Part shown: in pieces, positions 40,453-50,725 of the stretch | How the letters are laid out: each line of letters opens with the position of its first letter | Numbering within the stretch: position 1 is the first letter of the stretch | Assembly: GCA_963797095.1 (NCBI GenBank) | Contig: CAWCNY010000002.1 | Location: 416,001-480,000, forward strand | Direction of reading: 5' to 3' | DNA length: 64,000 nucleotides | Origin: an uncultured Chloroflexia bacterium | GTDB lineage: Bacteria; Chloroflexota; Chloroflexia; QHBQ01; JADMIH01 | Translations under genes and position numbers: made by a program | Notes under the pieces: model-generated | Database searches by the model: none | The model's input: the letters and a program-made list of their open reading frames with translations, nothing else | What the model was told of the DNA's origin: nothing

Positions 40453-41469
40453 ATGTCTATCTCGCACGAACAGGCCAGCTACTTCGCCGCCCTGGCCTTG
40501 CACGGCATCCACCGCGAGTATCCGAACAAGCTGGACCATGTAATCAACGGGGAGCGTGACCTGCAAAGCCCGCGCACACTCCATCCTGCCTTCTATGGGT
40601 GTTTTGACTGGCATTCGTCGGTACATGGGCATTGGATGCTGGTGCGGTTGCTGCGAACGCTGCCTGATTGGCCGGATGCACAGGGCGTGCGTGCCTCCCT
40701 TGCCGAGAACCTGACGGAGAGCAACTTGCAGGCGGAGTTAGCTTATCTCCGGGGCGAGAACAGGCGGTCGTTCGAGAGGACGTATGGATGGGCATGGCTG
40801 CTCAAGCTGGCCGAGGAACTCCACACCTGGGACGACCCACAGGGACAGGAATGGGCGAGGTATATACAGCCTTTGGCCGATGCCTTCGCCGACCTGTATC
40901 TTAGCTTCTTGCCCAAGCAGACCTACCCCATACGGGTTGGCACTCACCCCAACACCGCGTTCGGCATAGCGTTCGCGCTCGATTACGCTCGCACAATGTC
41001 CTATGAGGCTCTTGAAACGCTTCTTATGGAGAGGGCGTTGCATTACTTTTCGGGTGACCGCGATTACCCGGCTCGCTGGGAGCCGAACGGCAACGACTTC
41101 TTCTCGCCTTCGCTGATCGAGGCCGACCTGATGCGTCGCGTGCTCTCTCATGACGATTTCGCCGGGTGGTTCCACGGCTTTTTGCCTGATGTGGCGCAAG
41201 GTGAGCCGTCCAACCTGCTCACCCCGGCCCATGTGTCGGACCGAACCGACCCTCAGATCGTGCACCTGGATGGACTCAATTTGACGCGGGCGCGGTGTAT
41301 GCGAGGTATTGCCGCCGCGCTACCCGATGATGACCCTGCACGCCCCATCTTGCTTGAATCGGCCCAAAGGCACGCAGAAGCCAGCCTCCCCCATATCGCC
41401 AGCGGCGACTACATGGGTGAGCACTGGCTCGCTTCGTTTGCAGTGTATTTGGTGACGAGTGACGAGTGA
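40453..41469 (+). CDS. DUF2891-family protein
   Basis: REYPNK, LHPAFYGCFDWHSSVHGHW, FERTYGWAW, HLDGLNL.RA, Y.GEHWLASFA. Confidence 0.88.
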   Translation: MSISHEQASYFAALALHGIHREYPNKLDHVINGERDLQSPRTLHPAFYGCFDWHSSVHGHWMLVRLLRTLPDWPDAQGVRASLAENLTESNLQAELAYLRGENRRSFERTYGWAWLLKLAEELHTWDDPQGQEWARYIQPLADAFADLYLSFLPKQTYPIRVGTHPNTAFGIAFALDYARTMSYEALETLLMERALHYFSGDRDYPARWEPNGNDFFSPSLIEADLMRRVLSHDDFAGWFHGFLPDVAQGEPSNLLTPAHVSDRTDPQIVHLDGLNLTRARCMRGIAAALPDDDPARPILLESAQRHAEASLPHIASGDYMGEHWLASFAVYLVTSDE

Positions 41470-41512
41470 CGAGAAGAGGTTCCGACTACCGACTACCGAC
41501 TACCGACTACCG
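41452..41512. repeat. Heptamer arrays overlapping both convergent stop codons
   Basis: (GTGACGA)x3 and (CCGACTA)x4. Confidence 0.9.
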
Positions 41513-44075
41513 GCTCATACGTGGCCGCCAGGTATACGATCTTGCTGATCTGGGCCCTGGTGGCGTTATCTGACGGCACGAAATAGGGCTTGTTTTCGGG
41601 GGCGACGCATGCACCTGCGGGCAGGGTGCCGCATGGATAGCCATTGATTACACCGTGCGCCACTGCCGTCTCGATGTACTGGAAAAAGGTGGAGCCTACG
41701 GGCACGTCCTCGAAGGTGTTGGTCGACGGGTTGGCGAGGGTCCAGTTGGATGGGTCGGCGAATATAGCGGCGTTTACCACGATCTTGGCTATCTGGCCTC
41801 TCGATACGTTGTCGTTCGGGCCATACGTGCCGTCTCCGTATCCCTGGATCAGGCCGAGGTTGTAGGCTGTCTCTATGTAATCGTAGAAGGTAGAGCCTAC
41901 CGGCACGTCGGTGAAGTGCGGCCCACCGCTGGTAGTTATGGGGAAGTCGAACGCCAGCACCACGATCTTGGCCGTCTGGCCCCTGGTGGTGTTGTTGCCG
42001 GGCTTGAAGCACGGGGTGCCGGTATCGCATGGCGGGTTCGTGCTGTAGCCGTTTATCACGCCGTGACAGTACATCCACGATACATAATCGTAGAACCACG
42101 CATCGGGCGGTACATCAGTGAAGGGTATTATGCACACGGTAGGCGTGGCCGTCGGCGTGCCGGTGATCGTGCTTGTGGGCGTGTTGGTCGAGGTAGATGT
42201 GGGAGTGTCGGTAGGTGTATCGGTTGCTATTGGAGTGTCGGTAGCGGTGGCTGTTGGTGTGTCGATGGGTATGTTGGTGGGCGTATCGGTGGGTGTGTCA
42301 GTAGGCAGTGCCGTGTTCGTGCCGGTTGCTGTGGCCGTTGAAGTTGCGCTTGATGTGGCTGTTGATGTTGGTGTTTTGGTAGCTGTATTAGCGGCGGTTG
42401 GCGTGTTGGTTGGAGTATTAGTGGCCGTGTTCGTGCGTGTGGGCGTTGATGTGGCCGTTGGCACCGTGTTTGTCGCTGTTGGAGTGGCTGTAGGGATGGT
42501 TGGTGTAGGCGTGCCACCGCCTCCCCCCACGACTACAGAGTTGAAGTAGACATCCTGCTGGTTGGTGCCGTTGATCTGGTTGCGGCCGTCGGTCCACGTC
42601 AGGAAGTGGGTGTTGCCGAAAGTGGAGTGATAGTTGTAGTCTCCCGCATAGCACGCCTGGAACCCTGAATCGGGCTGAGCGGGCTGAGGTATCAGCACAT
42701 CGCTAACGGCCTCGTCGGTCTGCCAGCTGGCCCCGTTGTCGGTCGAGATTCTCCCGTAATACTCGTAATTGGTGCCATCGGTGGTGTTGCGCCTGTCGTA
42801 CCAGGTGGCTACTATTCCCCCATTGGGAGCGGCGGAGAGCGCGGGCTGCCACTGTGGCTGGGTGGTGCTGTCGCTGTTCAGCTTGAACGGGGACGACCAT
42901 GTGCTGCCATTGTCGGTGGAGCGCACGTAATATGCGTCACCGAGGTCGCCGCCCGCTCCGTGCGCGGCGTAGACATAGCTAACTACGTTTTGGCCCCCCA
43001 CCTGACCGCTCACGGCGGGCTGGCCCCATTCGGGCACGCGCCAGATCGGGGGTATGGCGAGGAAGCCGCATCCGCTCACATTTGTACCGGCGGGGGTGTA
43101 GGTATTGACGGTGATCTGGCTCCAATTAGCGCCGCCGTCGGTCGAGCGGAACATGTAGGTGGTGTCGCTGCCGCCCTCGGTATGGCCGCTGTTGAAGACG
43201 GTACCGTCGCCGTTGGGGCTGCCAGTCAACTGGCCGTTGCGTATGAACGGGCTGCTTATTCCCACCGCCACCGGCGCGCTCCAGAGTGTGCCGTCGTCGG
43301 AGTAGGTTAGTGTGACCAGTCCGCTCATGCCGTAGTTATTCCATGAGACGTACATGCGCCCGTAGTAGGGGCTGGTGGGGCTGTTGTCCACCCACATCGA
43401 TTCGCGGTCGTCGCCGCTGCCAACGTGGATGCAGGCCCCGGTGGACCAGTTTACACCGTCGGGTGAGGTCCAGAGGCCGAGGCCCTGGCTGCCGCATGCA
43501 TTCACTATGAAGCCCGCGAACCATGTTGACAGATGGGCGTTGTATACGACTATAGGGTCGCCGTAGACGCTGCCGTGACCGGAACAGACTGCTGAGTTGG
43601 TGTGCCAGGTTGCGCCGCTGTCGGTTGAATAGGCAAGGTTGCCCGCGCAGCCGGGCGTGGATCGAGAATCGTTGAAAGTGACTACGATTGTGCTGCCGTT
43701 GGCCCACACCATGCTTTCGCTTTGTGTTACTTTGGGGTAGCTGCCGTCGGGCAGGACTACATTGGCGTCGGTGCCGCCTATGGTCGGCGCGCCCCGGTTG
43801 ATGGGAACCTGTGCGGGAGAGGCGGCATCGGGCGAGCCACCAGGTTCGTAGCCGCAATAGATCATCGCCCAGGCCGCGTACATGTTTGTTTGCCCGGAGA
43901 GGCTTTGCGCGTCGATACTGCTACAATCCACCGGCCATGACTGTGTGTTTGCGCCCGCCGAGGACGAGGTTGTATAGTTGGTGGGCAATCCCGCGCTGGC
44001 GTTGACATACCCGAACGCTGTCACCACGATAAAGCCTATCCATACGAAAGCCAGGTAGAATAATCTTCGTCGCAT
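41493..44075 (-). CDS. Secreted BNR/Asp-box (sialidase-like) protein with Thr-Pro linker and SLH domains
   Basis: Signal peptide, repeated S.D.G.(T/S)W Asp boxes, GDY motif, PT-rich linker and three SLH repeats. Start at the ATG at 44075 (AAGGAG). Confidence 0.88.
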   Translation of the reverse strand: MRRRLFYLAFVWIGFIVVTAFGYVNASAGLPTNYTTSSSAGANTQSWPVDCSSIDAQSLSGQTNMYAAWAMIYCGYEPGGSPDAASPAQVPINRGAPTIGGTDANVVLPDGSYPKVTQSESMVWANGSTIVVTFNDSRSTPGCAGNLAYSTDSGATWHTNSAVCSGHGSVYGDPIVVYNAHLSTWFAGFIVNACGSQGLGLWTSPDGVNWSTGACIHVGSGDDRESMWVDNSPTSPYYGRMYVSWNNYGMSGLVTLTYSDDGTLWSAPVAVGISSPFIRNGQLTGSPNGDGTVFNSGHTEGGSDTTYMFRSTDGGANWSQITVNTYTPAGTNVSGCGFLAIPPIWRVPEWGQPAVSGQVGGQNVVSYVYAAHGAGGDLGDAYYVRSTDNGSTWSSPFKLNSDSTTQPQWQPALSAAPNGGIVATWYDRRNTTDGTNYEYYGRISTDNGASWQTDEAVSDVLIPQPAQPDSGFQACYAGDYNYHSTFGNTHFLTWTDGRNQINGTNQQDVYFNSVVVGGGGGTPTPTIPTATPTATNTVPTATSTPTRTNTATNTPTNTPTAANTATKTPTSTATSSATSTATATGTNTALPTDTPTDTPTNIPIDTPTATATDTPIATDTPTDTPTSTSTNTPTSTITGTPTATPTVCIIPFTDVPPDAWFYDYVSWMYCHGVINGYSTNPPCDTGTPCFKPGNNTTRGQTAKIVVLAFDFPITTSGGPHFTDVPVGSTFYDYIETAYNLGLIQGYGDGTYGPNDNVSRGQIAKIVVNAAIFADPSNWTLANPSTNTFEDVPVGSTFFQYIETAVAHGVINGYPCGTLPAGACVAPENKPYFVPSDNATRAQISKIVYLAATYEPVVGSR

Positions 44076-44244
44076 ATCCTCTCCTTGGGGCGCTACACAA
44101 CACAATAAAACAGAATATACCAGACATACCCATAGTAATGCCCAGGCGACGCCATTATATGTGCCACACGATGGACCCGTCAATAAGCGGCAGATGTAGC
44201 CATCGCCCGCCTCCTGACCGACCCGCCTTTACGACCCCGGTCCC

Positions 44245-44274
44245 TTGACGCTGCATTGTGCAGATTTGTACAAT
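44245..44274 (+). promoter_or_regulatory. Sigma70-type promoter of alaS
   Basis: TTGACG-18 nt-TACAAT. Confidence 0.7.
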
Positions 44275-44298
44275 AACCTGTAATCCCGTTGTCAGAAA

Positions 44299-44404
44299 TG
44301 CGTGAAACGTGAGCTACTGCGTACTTGGTATTGCGTACTGCGTAATCACCCGTTACTTGTCACTTGTCACTCGTCATTCGTCGTTACGTATCACGTTCCG
44401 CGTC
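44299..44404. repeat. Mosaic heptamer repeats in the alaS leader
   Basis: TGCGTAC-type, CACTTGT/CACTCGT-type and TCACGTT-type units in succession. Confidence 0.8.
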
Positions 44405-44421
44405 CCAGGAGGCCATCCGAG

Positions 44422-47118
44422 ATGGAGTACATGTCGAGCCGCGATATACGCAGGCGTTATCTAGAGTTCTTTGCCGAGCGCGGTCACAAGATCGTGCCTT
44501 CGTCGTCACTTGTGCCCGCCAATGACCCCACCCTCCTGTTTACCACTGCGGGGATGGTGCAGTTCAAAGATGTGTTCCTGGGCACCGAGACGCGGGACTA
44601 CAAGCGGGCCACCACCGCCCAGCGGGTGATGCGCGCCGGTGGCAAGCACAACGATCTTGAGAACGTCGGCCCCTCCATCCGTCACCATACCTTTTTTGAG
44701 ATGCTTGGCAACTTCTCGTTCGGAGATTATTTTAAGCGCGAGGCCATCGCGTTTGCCTGGGAGCTTCTGATCAAGGGGTTCGGCCTCGACCCCAACCGAT
44801 TGTGGCCCACTATTTACCTGGACGACGACCAGTCGTTTGAGCTATGGCAGGAGGTGGCGGGCGTGCCTGCTAACAGGATCACGCGGTTGGGCAAAGAGGA
44901 CAATTTCTGGGCTATGGGCGATACGGGGCCGTGCGGTCCCAACAGCGAGATCTACTGGGATTTCTATCCTGAGCGCGGCGACGACGGGACTAACCCCGGT
45001 AACGACGAAGCTCGCTTCTTCGAGATCTGGAACCTGGTCTTTATGCAATTCGACCAGCCGGGCGATGGCTCGCTTGTGCCGCTGGAGAAGCCGGGCGTCG
45101 ATACGGGCATGGGGCTTGAGCGTATGTCGGTGGTGATGCAGGGCGTACACAGCAACTACGACACCGACCTCTTTGTGCCGCTGCTGGAGCGCGCCCGCGA
45201 ATTGACCGGGCACTCGAAAGAGGAGATGGAGAGGCAGATAGTCTCTTATCGGGTGGTTGCCGACCATGCCCGCGCCACCACATTTCTTATTGGCGATGGC
45301 GTAACTCCCGGCAATACCTGGCGCGAGTATGTGCTGCGCCGCGTCATGCGGCGCGCTATGGTGCATGGGCGCAAGCTCGGCCTCGACAAGCCCTTCCTGG
45401 GCGAGATCGCCAGGGTCGTGATCGATATGATGGGGGATGTTTACCCTGAGATCGTGCAGAAGCGCGAGTTCATCCTGTCCAACATCCTGCGCGAAGAGAA
45501 GATGTTCGGTGATACGCTGGTGGTGGGGTCCAATCGCTTCGACCAGATCGTGAGCGACCTGGGTCTGAAACCGGGAGATGTACTGCCCGGCAAGGAGATG
45601 TTCACCCTCTACGATACGTTCGGGCTTTCGAGGGAGATCATCAAGGATATGGCGGTGGCTCGTGAGCTTGATGTAGATGAACAAGGCTTCGAGCAGGCCC
45701 TGGAGGAGCAGCGCACGCGCAGCAAGTCGAGCAGCATCCTCAAAGCGGGTGACCGCGAAAACCTCGATATTTACCAGAGCGTGTCGCCGCAGCCGACCGA
45801 GTTCCTGGGGTACGATTACAGTTATTTGACAGACGATGAAGGACTAAGGACAAAGGACGAAGGGGATGTCCCGCATGGGAAGGTGCTTGGGATAATAGCC
45901 AATAAGGAGGTTGTTCAGAGCATCACCGAAGGCCAGGAGGCGGAGGTCGTGCTTGACCGCACGCCTTTCTATGCCGAGAGCGGCGGGCAGGTTGGCGACA
46001 AAGGCTTTCTTGTGTGGGGTGGTGGGCGTTTTGAGGTGCAGGATACTCGGCGGCCCGTGGGCGGGATCATCGTCCACCGGGGCGTTGTGGTCGAGGGCAC
46101 GCTCAGTAGCGGGCAGGAAGTAGAGGCTATCGTTCCAGGCTCAACGCGCTGGGACACTATGCGCAACCACACGGCCACCCACCTTGTACACAAGGCGTTG
46201 CGCGATGTGCTGGGCGAGCACGTCCACCAGGCCGGGTCGGTTGTGGAGCCGGGCAGGCTCAGGTTCGACTTCCACCACGGCCAGCCCGTCAGCCACGACG
46301 AACTGATCCGGGTGGAGCGGATAGTGAACGAGCAGATCACCGGCGATTACCCTGTAGAGACCAATGAGATGGACTACCAGCAGGCCGTGGCCGAGGGCGC
46401 GATGGCTCTGTTCGGCGAGAAGTACGGCGCTGTGGTGCGGCGCGTGCGCATCCCCGGCTTCGAGAGCCGCGAGTTGTGCGGCGGCACCCACGTCGAGCGC
46501 ACGGGGCAGATCGGCGCGTTCTTCATTACGTATGAGGGGTCTATCGGCTCAGGTATCAGGCGTATCGAGGCCGTCACCGGGCCGGGTGCTATCGCCTACG
46601 CCCAGGAGCGGCGCGATTTGCTTGGCGAGGCGGCGGGTCGCCTCCATACAACGCCCGACCACACCCCCGATGGGGTAGCCAGCCTGCAAGACCAGTTGAA
46701 GGAAGCCCAGAAGCGCATCGAGGCTCTTGAGCGCCAGATCGCCAGGGGCGAGACGGGCAGCATGGCCCAGCAGGTGCGCAACGTTGACGGCATCCAGGTG
46801 CTGACGGGCAAGGCTAACGTGGGCAGCGTGGAGACCCTGCGCGAGGCGGGCGACCACCTGCGCGACAAGCTTGGTTCGGGCGTGGTGGTGCTGGGGGCTG
46901 TGCTGGAAGGCGAGCCGAAACTGGTGGCGATGGTCACACAGGATGTGGTCGCCAGGGGTGTGAGTGCGGGAGAGATCATCGGTAAGATAGCCCCCGAAAT
47001 TGGCGGCAAAGGCGGCGGCAGGCCCAATATGGCCCTGGGCGGTGGCAAAGACGCGTCAGGGTTGGACCGCGCCCTCGAAATGGTGCCTGAGTTTGTAGCG
47101 AGCAAGCTAGGTAACTGA
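44422..47118 (+). CDS. alaS: Alanine--tRNA ligase
   Basis: DPTLLFT.AGMVQFK, HHTFFEMLGNFSFGDYFK, DTGMGLER, HTATH, ELCGGTHV, GGKGGG. Start at the ATG at 44422 after AGGAGG. Confidence 0.99.
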   Translation: MEYMSSRDIRRRYLEFFAERGHKIVPSSSLVPANDPTLLFTTAGMVQFKDVFLGTETRDYKRATTAQRVMRAGGKHNDLENVGPSIRHHTFFEMLGNFSFGDYFKREAIAFAWELLIKGFGLDPNRLWPTIYLDDDQSFELWQEVAGVPANRITRLGKEDNFWAMGDTGPCGPNSEIYWDFYPERGDDGTNPGNDEARFFEIWNLVFMQFDQPGDGSLVPLEKPGVDTGMGLERMSVVMQGVHSNYDTDLFVPLLERARELTGHSKEEMERQIVSYRVVADHARATTFLIGDGVTPGNTWREYVLRRVMRRAMVHGRKLGLDKPFLGEIARVVIDMMGDVYPEIVQKREFILSNILREEKMFGDTLVVGSNRFDQIVSDLGLKPGDVLPGKEMFTLYDTFGLSREIIKDMAVARELDVDEQGFEQALEEQRTRSKSSSILKAGDRENLDIYQSVSPQPTEFLGYDYSYLTDDEGLRTKDEGDVPHGKVLGIIANKEVVQSITEGQEAEVVLDRTPFYAESGGQVGDKGFLVWGGGRFEVQDTRRPVGGIIVHRGVVVEGTLSSGQEVEAIVPGSTRWDTMRNHTATHLVHKALRDVLGEHVHQAGSVVEPGRLRFDFHHGQPVSHDELIRVERIVNEQITGDYPVETNEMDYQQAVAEGAMALFGEKYGAVVRRVRIPGFESRELCGGTHVERTGQIGAFFITYEGSIGSGIRRIEAVTGPGAIAYAQERRDLLGEAAGRLHTTPDHTPDGVASLQDQLKEAQKRIEALERQIARGETGSMAQQVRNVDGIQVLTGKANVGSVETLREAGDHLRDKLGSGVVVLGAVLEGEPKLVAMVTQDVVARGVSAGEIIGKIAPEIGGKGGGRPNMALGGGKDASGLDRALEMVPEFVASKLGN

Positions 47119-47121
47119 AAT

Positions 47122-47478
47122 TTGGAAGTGAACACGATCTACGCTGCCAACCGTGAGGAGTGGCGGGCCTGGCTGCAAGTTAACCACGCCTCCGAGCCGG
47201 ACATTTGGCTTATCTTCTACAAGAAGCACACAGGCAAGCCTAGCGTCACTATTGAGGAAGCGATTGAAGAGGGCCTTTGCTTTGGTTGGGTGGACAGCGT
47301 CATGAGATCAATTGATGGTGAGCGCTATATGCTGCGCTTCACGCCCCGCAAGCCGAAAAGCAACTGGTCGGAATACAACAAGCACCGCGCTAAGAAGCTC
47401 ATCGCGGAGGGGCGCATGACCGAGGCGGGGCTGGCGAAAGTCACCTTCCCGCTTGAGGATGTTTCGCCCGGTGAGTGA
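47122..47478 (+). CDS. YdeI/OmpD-associated family protein (N-terminal domain only)
   Basis: WRAWL..NH, LCFGWVDS, FTPRKPKS.WS..N, G.MT.AG. Confidence 0.85.
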   Translation: MEVNTIYAANREEWRAWLQVNHASEPDIWLIFYKKHTGKPSVTIEEAIEEGLCFGWVDSVMRSIDGERYMLRFTPRKPKSNWSEYNKHRAKKLIAEGRMTEAGLAKVTFPLEDVSPGE

Positions 47479-48412
47479 CCTGCCTGATGCACCTCTCCCT
47501 TTTCCCGTCGAAAGCGCGGTGTTCGAGGGGAAAGGCGATTTTTGCCGCGCCTTCACGGTCAACCGGGACTGGATATTTCGCTTCGCTTATAACGCGGAAG
47601 GCTCGCGCGCCCTTGAGCGCGAAATTGCTCTGCTGCCGAGGCTTGCGCCTACACTTGGCTTGCCTGTACCTGATGTCGCGTATTCAGGGCGTCAACGCGA
47701 CAACGATTTCCTGTTCGTGGGATACCGCAAGATAGAGGGCGCGCCCCTTTCGCCTGATCTTCTACAACCCCTAACGCTTGATGAGCAGGAGGGCATCGCT
47801 CGTGAGTTGGCCTTGTTCCTGCGAGGTTTGCACTCGTTCAGCGTCGCGGGTGCGAGGGCGCTGGGCGTGCCTCAATGCGATTATCCTTTCTGCCGCACCG
47901 AGGATGGCATCATTGAGGGGAGCGCAGAAGAGATTTACAAGCGCGAAAGTGATCGCTTGACCAACCACCCCTTATTGGAGAAGTACCTGGAGGAGCAGGT
48001 CGTGGGCGCGCTTAGGATGTACGTTCAAGTGCTTGTGAAGGGCCTCCTCAACGAGCCGCAACTGGGTGAAATGCCCGCCGCGCTCGTTCATGGCGATCTA
48101 TCCGGTGAGCACATCCTGTTTGATACGGAGGCCCGGCGTATCACCGGGGTGATAGATTTCAGTGATGCCATTATCACAAGCCCCTTGCTCGATTTTACCT
48201 ATTTGTGGGGAGCTTATGGTGCGGATTTCTGCGCCTTGTTGTTCAAGCACTATGAGGTAGATGCCCCCCATCTGGTTATCTATAAGGTACGTCTCTTGCG
48301 CCAGTGGCACACGGCACTACGCCTCCTGTGGGCGCTTGACCACGATTATGTGCCAGGGATCGAGCGGTGGGTGCTGGACCTGCTGTACCAGAACACGGGT
48401 GCAGGCTCGTAA
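47471..48412 (+). CDS. Aminoglycoside phosphotransferase-family protein
   Basis: WIFRF, RE..LL, FL..LH, LVHGDLSGEHIL, GVIDFSD. GTG start estimated. Confidence 0.85.
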   Translation: MSDLPDAPLPFPVESAVFEGKGDFCRAFTVNRDWIFRFAYNAEGSRALEREIALLPRLAPTLGLPVPDVAYSGRQRDNDFLFVGYRKIEGAPLSPDLLQPLTLDEQEGIARELALFLRGLHSFSVAGARALGVPQCDYPFCRTEDGIIEGSAEEIYKRESDRLTNHPLLEKYLEEQVVGALRMYVQVLVKGLLNEPQLGEMPAALVHGDLSGEHILFDTEARRITGVIDFSDAIITSPLLDFTYLWGAYGADFCALLFKHYEVDAPHLVIYKVRLLRQWHTALRLLWALDHDYVPGIERWVLDLLYQNTGAGS

Positions 48413-48424
48413 GAATGCAAGATG

Positions 48425-50569
48425 CTAGACGCTGGCTTGCACCAGGCGCTGCACCCAGAAGGCAAGGGCGGTTACGGCAAGCGCCCCTGTCGCCAGTATC
48501 GCGAACCAGCGGGCGGCTCCACCCCGACGCGCCAGGCTCCACAGGAATATGCCTGCTCCCAGCGATAGCGGAAACACCGTATAGAAAAGGTGCTTGCCGA
48601 TCATATCGATCTTGTAGTTGGCGACCAGGAATACAGGCAGGATGCTCATCCAGGCGGCAAGCAGAGGGCCGAAAATGCCCGGCCCTGTCGCCTTCTTCGA
48701 GTGCGCCCACCAGAGGATAGCAAGCCCCAATAGCCCGGCCAGCAGGGGGATCAGGCTCACAAGGTAGCCTGCCGTCCAACCGAGCAGATCGAACGGCCCT
48801 GTCCAATGTACAGTTGCCGGGGCAGAAGCCGCATCCCCTGTCGCCGAGGCGGTGCCCTGCGCGGATGCCGATTGGGGGTCGAGCAACGCGGGGAGGGTGG
48901 TGTTTATCAGGATGGATACATACTGCCCGTAATACGACACAAGCGCCAGCGCCCACGCGCCCGCCGTCACCCCGGCCAGCGTCCAGCCCAACCGCCTGGG
49001 GCGCGGCAGCTTTCGCCACAGGAGATAGAGTACCAGCAGTCCTACCACCATCGTGTTGAACACGGCGATTGTGGGGAACGCCACCAGGGAAGCCGCCAGC
49101 AGAAATGCGAACAGTACCAGCAATCCGGTGGCCCGTCGGGGCGCTTGTCCTGCTTCCTGGGCTGGGGACAGCATGCGCGATGCAGCCGCCAGCAATACTG
49201 TCATGCCCGCCACCGTGAGCCACTGCGCCAGCAAGGTGGGCAGTATGCCGTAAGCCAGCGAGCGATAGCTAAGAGGAGTGATAGCATAGATGGCCGCTGC
49301 CCACAGCCCGGCCCGCCAGCCGCCTAGCGTGGGGGCATAGCGCGCCAGCAGGCCATAGCAAAAGAGCATGAGGCTCACGTCGAGCAGGCAGGCAAACGCC
49401 TTCACCGATGTTTCGAGGTCCCAGGGCAGGAGCGCGAGAGGGGCTGCCACGAAATAGAATAGAGGCGATTTAGGGATAAGCACCGCCAGACCCCATTCGC
49501 GCGGCACGCTGCTCAACTGGCCGGGGAAGTAGAGCGCCTGCCAGTTGCCGTGCAGAAGCTCACGTATCCACTTCATGTGCCAGGGCAGATCGATGATCGC
49601 CACGCCCGGCAGATTCACCGCCCCGAAGCGCACCAGGAACGCCGCCGCTACCAGACCGGCGATCACACGCGCACCCAGGCGCGCGTTCGGCACCAGACGG
49701 CGGGCAATAACCTCCGTCACGATTAAGAGGAGATAGGTAGCGACAAAACTGCCTGCCAGCGAGAATCGCCCCACCGCTGCCGTCACGGGCAGATGAACCC
49801 ATGCCAGCGCGCCATCGAGCAATACGGCGGCGATCAGCGCGGTCAGGAGGGGTGCTAATAGTTGTTTGCGTGAAAAATAGTGCGATACATAATACGTGAC
49901 GCGTGATTTTGGTTTGGGTGGTACTGGGTATTTAGCCGGTGCTTCGATTGGATAGAATGCTCTGCCTACCAGGATATAGACCAGCAGCACCGTTAGCGCT
50001 ATGTATACCAGTTGTATCAGCGACGGCACTACGAAGCCTGGGCCTTGCGGCGAGACTTCCACCTGGTCGAGCATGATACCGTAGATCTGGCTGGGGAGGT
50101 CGGGGCGCGGGTAGCCTGGTGTGCGCATCTCGATTACGAGGTCGCGGGAGGCTACAGCGTGCGCGTATGATTGGTCGACGCTGAGCGTGATGGTGCGCCA
50201 ACCCTCCGAGATTGTCTCGTCCAGGAAGGTCTCGCCGTTTACGATGATAGTGGTGGGGACGCTTGCTCGCCCCGCGTTGAGTGTGAGGGTTACGGTGAAG
50301 GGCACACCCCCACCCGTGCCCGGCAGGTCGATATAGCCGTAGGCGTCGGACCAACGGAATGTGCGCCCGGTGCCATCTTCGACCAGGGCGTCGTGGAAAT
50401 TGAGCGCGTAGGCGGTGTCGCCTGCCCCGCCTACATCAATAGTGTAGGCGTGCCGCACCTGGTAAGCAGCCACGCCCCCCACCACCGCAATCGCAAGCAA
50501 GATGAGGAGGGCAGGTTGCGCCAACAATCCTACGAGAGCCTGCGCCTCGTATCTGAGCCGGTGGACCAT
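48425..50569 (-). CDS. Polytopic membrane protein, possibly a GT-C-type glycosyltransferase
   Basis: Extracellular N-terminal domain (D.GG..D, FRW) and many TM helices. ATG at 50569 lies 6 nt after TATACT. Confidence 0.55.
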   Translation of the reverse strand: MVHRLRYEAQALVGLLAQPALLILLAIAVVGGVAAYQVRHAYTIDVGGAGDTAYALNFHDALVEDGTGRTFRWSDAYGYIDLPGTGGGVPFTVTLTLNAGRASVPTTIIVNGETFLDETISEGWRTITLSVDQSYAHAVASRDLVIEMRTPGYPRPDLPSQIYGIMLDQVEVSPQGPGFVVPSLIQLVYIALTVLLVYILVGRAFYPIEAPAKYPVPPKPKSRVTYYVSHYFSRKQLLAPLLTALIAAVLLDGALAWVHLPVTAAVGRFSLAGSFVATYLLLIVTEVIARRLVPNARLGARVIAGLVAAAFLVRFGAVNLPGVAIIDLPWHMKWIRELLHGNWQALYFPGQLSSVPREWGLAVLIPKSPLFYFVAAPLALLPWDLETSVKAFACLLDVSLMLFCYGLLARYAPTLGGWRAGLWAAAIYAITPLSYRSLAYGILPTLLAQWLTVAGMTVLLAAASRMLSPAQEAGQAPRRATGLLVLFAFLLAASLVAFPTIAVFNTMVVGLLVLYLLWRKLPRPRRLGWTLAGVTAGAWALALVSYYGQYVSILINTTLPALLDPQSASAQGTASATGDAASAPATVHWTGPFDLLGWTAGYLVSLIPLLAGLLGLAILWWAHSKKATGPGIFGPLLAAWMSILPVFLVANYKIDMIGKHLFYTVFPLSLGAGIFLWSLARRGGAARWFAILATGALAVTALAFWVQRLVQASV

Positions 50570-50725
50570 AGAATTAGTATAAACCATCGTTTGGCGTTCG
50601 TCCCTTGTTGCCCAGCCTTATCAACGCGATTTGCACATCCCCTTTACCGTTATATAATGGTCGTAGACCCCCGAAGGGCCGGAGGGGTTTTGTTGCTGTC
50701 GCCTATCGCTGGAAATCAGGGCTGC

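Noticed and set aside
44184-44421. T-box riboswitch upstream of alaS
   Set aside because: No GGTGGNACCGCG T-box motif or terminator/antiterminator found.
44302-44421. 40-aa N-terminal extension of AlaRS in the ORF track
   Set aside because: It is translated heptamer repeat. A strong AGGAGG precedes the ATG at 44422, where homology begins.
47471-48412. Bona fide aminoglycoside resistance gene
   Set aside because: Only generic APH-fold motifs are visible, so the substrate cannot be assigned.
50666-50693. Leader hairpin followed by T-run before the baseplate-J-like gene (attenuator?)
   Set aside because: The stem is short and imperfect, which is insufficient evidence.
50171-50725. Long N-terminal extension of the 880-aa ORF
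   Set aside because: It overlaps the opposite-strand membrane protein gene and the promoter region. The plausible start is 50726.
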